The translations under genes were made by a program, and so were the position numbers. Under the pieces are notes generated by a model. It had not been told where the DNA came from. It did not search any database and was given only the letters and a program-made list of their open reading frames with translations. Below are positions 62,193 to 64,000 of a stretch of DNA of 64,000 nt, in pieces. Location: assembly GCF_006345805.1 (NCBI RefSeq), contig NC_042997.1, positions 115,258,001 through 115,322,000 of the forward strand, read 5' to 3'. The first letter of the stretch is position 1; every line of letters starts with the position of its first letter. Origin of the DNA: Octopus sinensis. Taxonomy: Eukaryota.

Positions 62193-62508
62193 AGGTGCGT
62201 GGTTTAGGGGTTAGAGCATTCGGTTCACGATCTTAAGATCACAAGTTCGATTCCTGGTGACGCGTTGTGTCCTTGAGCAAGATACTTTATTTCACGTTGC
62301 TCCGGTCCACTCAGCTGGCAAAAATGAGCTGTACCTATATTTCAAAGGGCCAGCCCTATCGCATTCTCTGTCACGCTGAATCTTCCTGAGAACTACGTTT
62401 AGGGCACACGTGTCTGTGGAGTGCTCAGCCACTTGCACATTAATTTTACGAGCAGGCTGTTCTGTTGATCGGATCAACTGGAACACTCGTCGTCGTAACC
62501 GACGGAGG
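62193..62508 (+). mobile_element. tRNA-derived SINE, family H2 (CORE-like centre)
   Basis: Head gtggtttaggggttagagc..gttcgattcc, centre cgttgtgtccttgagcaagatacttt, same tail as 53063-53452; a reverse copy at ~51907-52460 is interrupted by a family B SINE. Confidence 0.75.
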
Positions 62509-62684
62509 ACCAGTTAAATGTGATATGTAATTTGTCCTATGCGTGTATTTCTGTTGGGATTCAATTATTTGAACTAATTAATGTATCATTATAATTCTAA
62601 ATGGCTTCTTAGTGCTTAATTAATACGAAAATATGATAAGCTGCATTCTAATTCCGATATTTCTAATTCTATTAACTCATAATC

Positions 62685-63250
62685 CTTTCTACTAAAAGCA
62701 CAAGGCCTGAAGTTTGGGGGAGGAGGGATAGTCAATTACATCGACCCCAGTACTCAGCTGGTACTTATTTGATCGATTCTGAAAGTATGAAAGGCAAAGT
62801 CCACCTCAGCAGAATTTGAACTCAGAACGTAAAGACGCTAAGCATTTTGCCCAGTGTACTAACGATCCTTTCTACTTTTGGTACACAGCCTGGATTTTGG
62901 GGGGAAGGGGGGAGGTCGATCGCATCAATCCCAGTACTCAACTGGTACTTGATTTATCAATCCCGAAAGGATGAAAGTAAAGCTGAACAGAATTTGAACT
63001 CAGAACGTAGCGACGGGCGAAATACCTATTTCTTTACTGCCCACAAGGGGCTACACACAGAGGGGACAAACAAGGACAGATAAACGGATTAAGTCGATTA
63101 CATCGATCCCAGTGCGTAACTGGTACTTATTTAATCGAACCCGAAAGGATGAAAGGTAAAGCTGTACTCGGCAGAATTTGAACTCAGAACGTAGCGACGT
63201 ACCACTAAGCATTTCGACCGGCGTGCTAACGACCCTGCCAGCTCGTTGCC
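62685..63250 (-). mobile_element. Family B SINE cluster
   Basis: Repeated family B bodies in reverse orientation, ending at the head ...ccagctcgttgcc. Confidence 0.8.
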
Positions 63251-64000
63251 TTAATTCTAGCTACTTACAATAAACAGTGATTATATATTCATTAAAAGTT
63301 TAATTATAATCTATAATGTTATTCTGCATGACACGATATGCGTTCGTAAGTTACACTGTTGTCAAGCTTCACTATGGAAGCTTCAATCGGTAACTTTAAA
63401 ATTACAAAATAATGTAATGAGCAATCATGGGTTTATGCATCTAATTAGAAATAAAAGCTTTCATAAAAAGGTAGAATGTCCACGAACGAGAATTGTTAGT
63501 ATAATAGTAATATAGTTACAACTACATACATGTATATTCAATATACAACATTATATGTGTGTGTGTGTGTGTGTGGAGATGTTTGTGGGTATATATAAGG
63601 TGCACAAACAAATATTGTATATTGGTTATTATTTTGACCTTCAACGAGAAGGTAGAAGTATCTTTGATATTTCGAGCAGAAGCTATTCTTCAAAATGTTA
63701 AAAAGTTAAGTAGAAGGAAAAGTGTAAAAAAAAGGAAGAAAAAACGAAAGTAACGGAGATCAGTAACGGAAACGGTGATCAGCAACTGACATACAATATC
63801 ATATAGTTGAGGGTCCAGTTGTATTTAGTTACTTATGAAAACGTTGGCACATTACTCGAAAAGTATATGATCAAGTGATGCTCTGTATCGCTCGTGCAAT
63901 CTCGTTAATCAATGATCCTTTCACACCTATTTTGGCTAGTACAATAAAGTCTATTCTTCGTAGAGGAGGTCCAATAAGACCGGAACATGTCGGGAGTTGC

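Overview
Eukaryotic, AT-rich, repeat-saturated genomic DNA, most likely from an octopus or another coleoid cephalopod (inferred from the SINE and microsatellite landscape). The window holds the complete coding region of CHAF1B (CAF-1 p60, WD40 histone chaperone subunit) on the + strand. It has 12 coding exons from 1401 to 40125 with GT-AG introns and consistent phases, giving 1908 nt = 635 aa + stop; the 5' non-coding exon(s) lie upstream of the window. Introns and the downstream ~24 kb are filled with at least three tRNA-headed SINE families plus an abundant (GAT)n-tailed retroposon family, piggyBac-like and hAT-like MITEs, two Helentron/HINE-like elements, an RTE LINE 3' end, two dead mariner transposons, a 23-bp minisatellite with higher-order structure and very long microsatellites. 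The most interesting signal is a Penelope-like (GIY-YIG) retroelement family. Its pseudo-LTR carries a 73-nt tRNA-Arg-like Pol III head upstream of a minimal type-I hammerhead ribozyme, it forms inverted (tail-to-tail) copies, and it repeatedly makes 12-bp target-site duplications. A separate hammerhead with an intact core lies antisense in intron 9. No prokaryotic system (CRISPR etc.) is supported. Repeat boundaries are approximate, and family names are structural assignments made without database searches.
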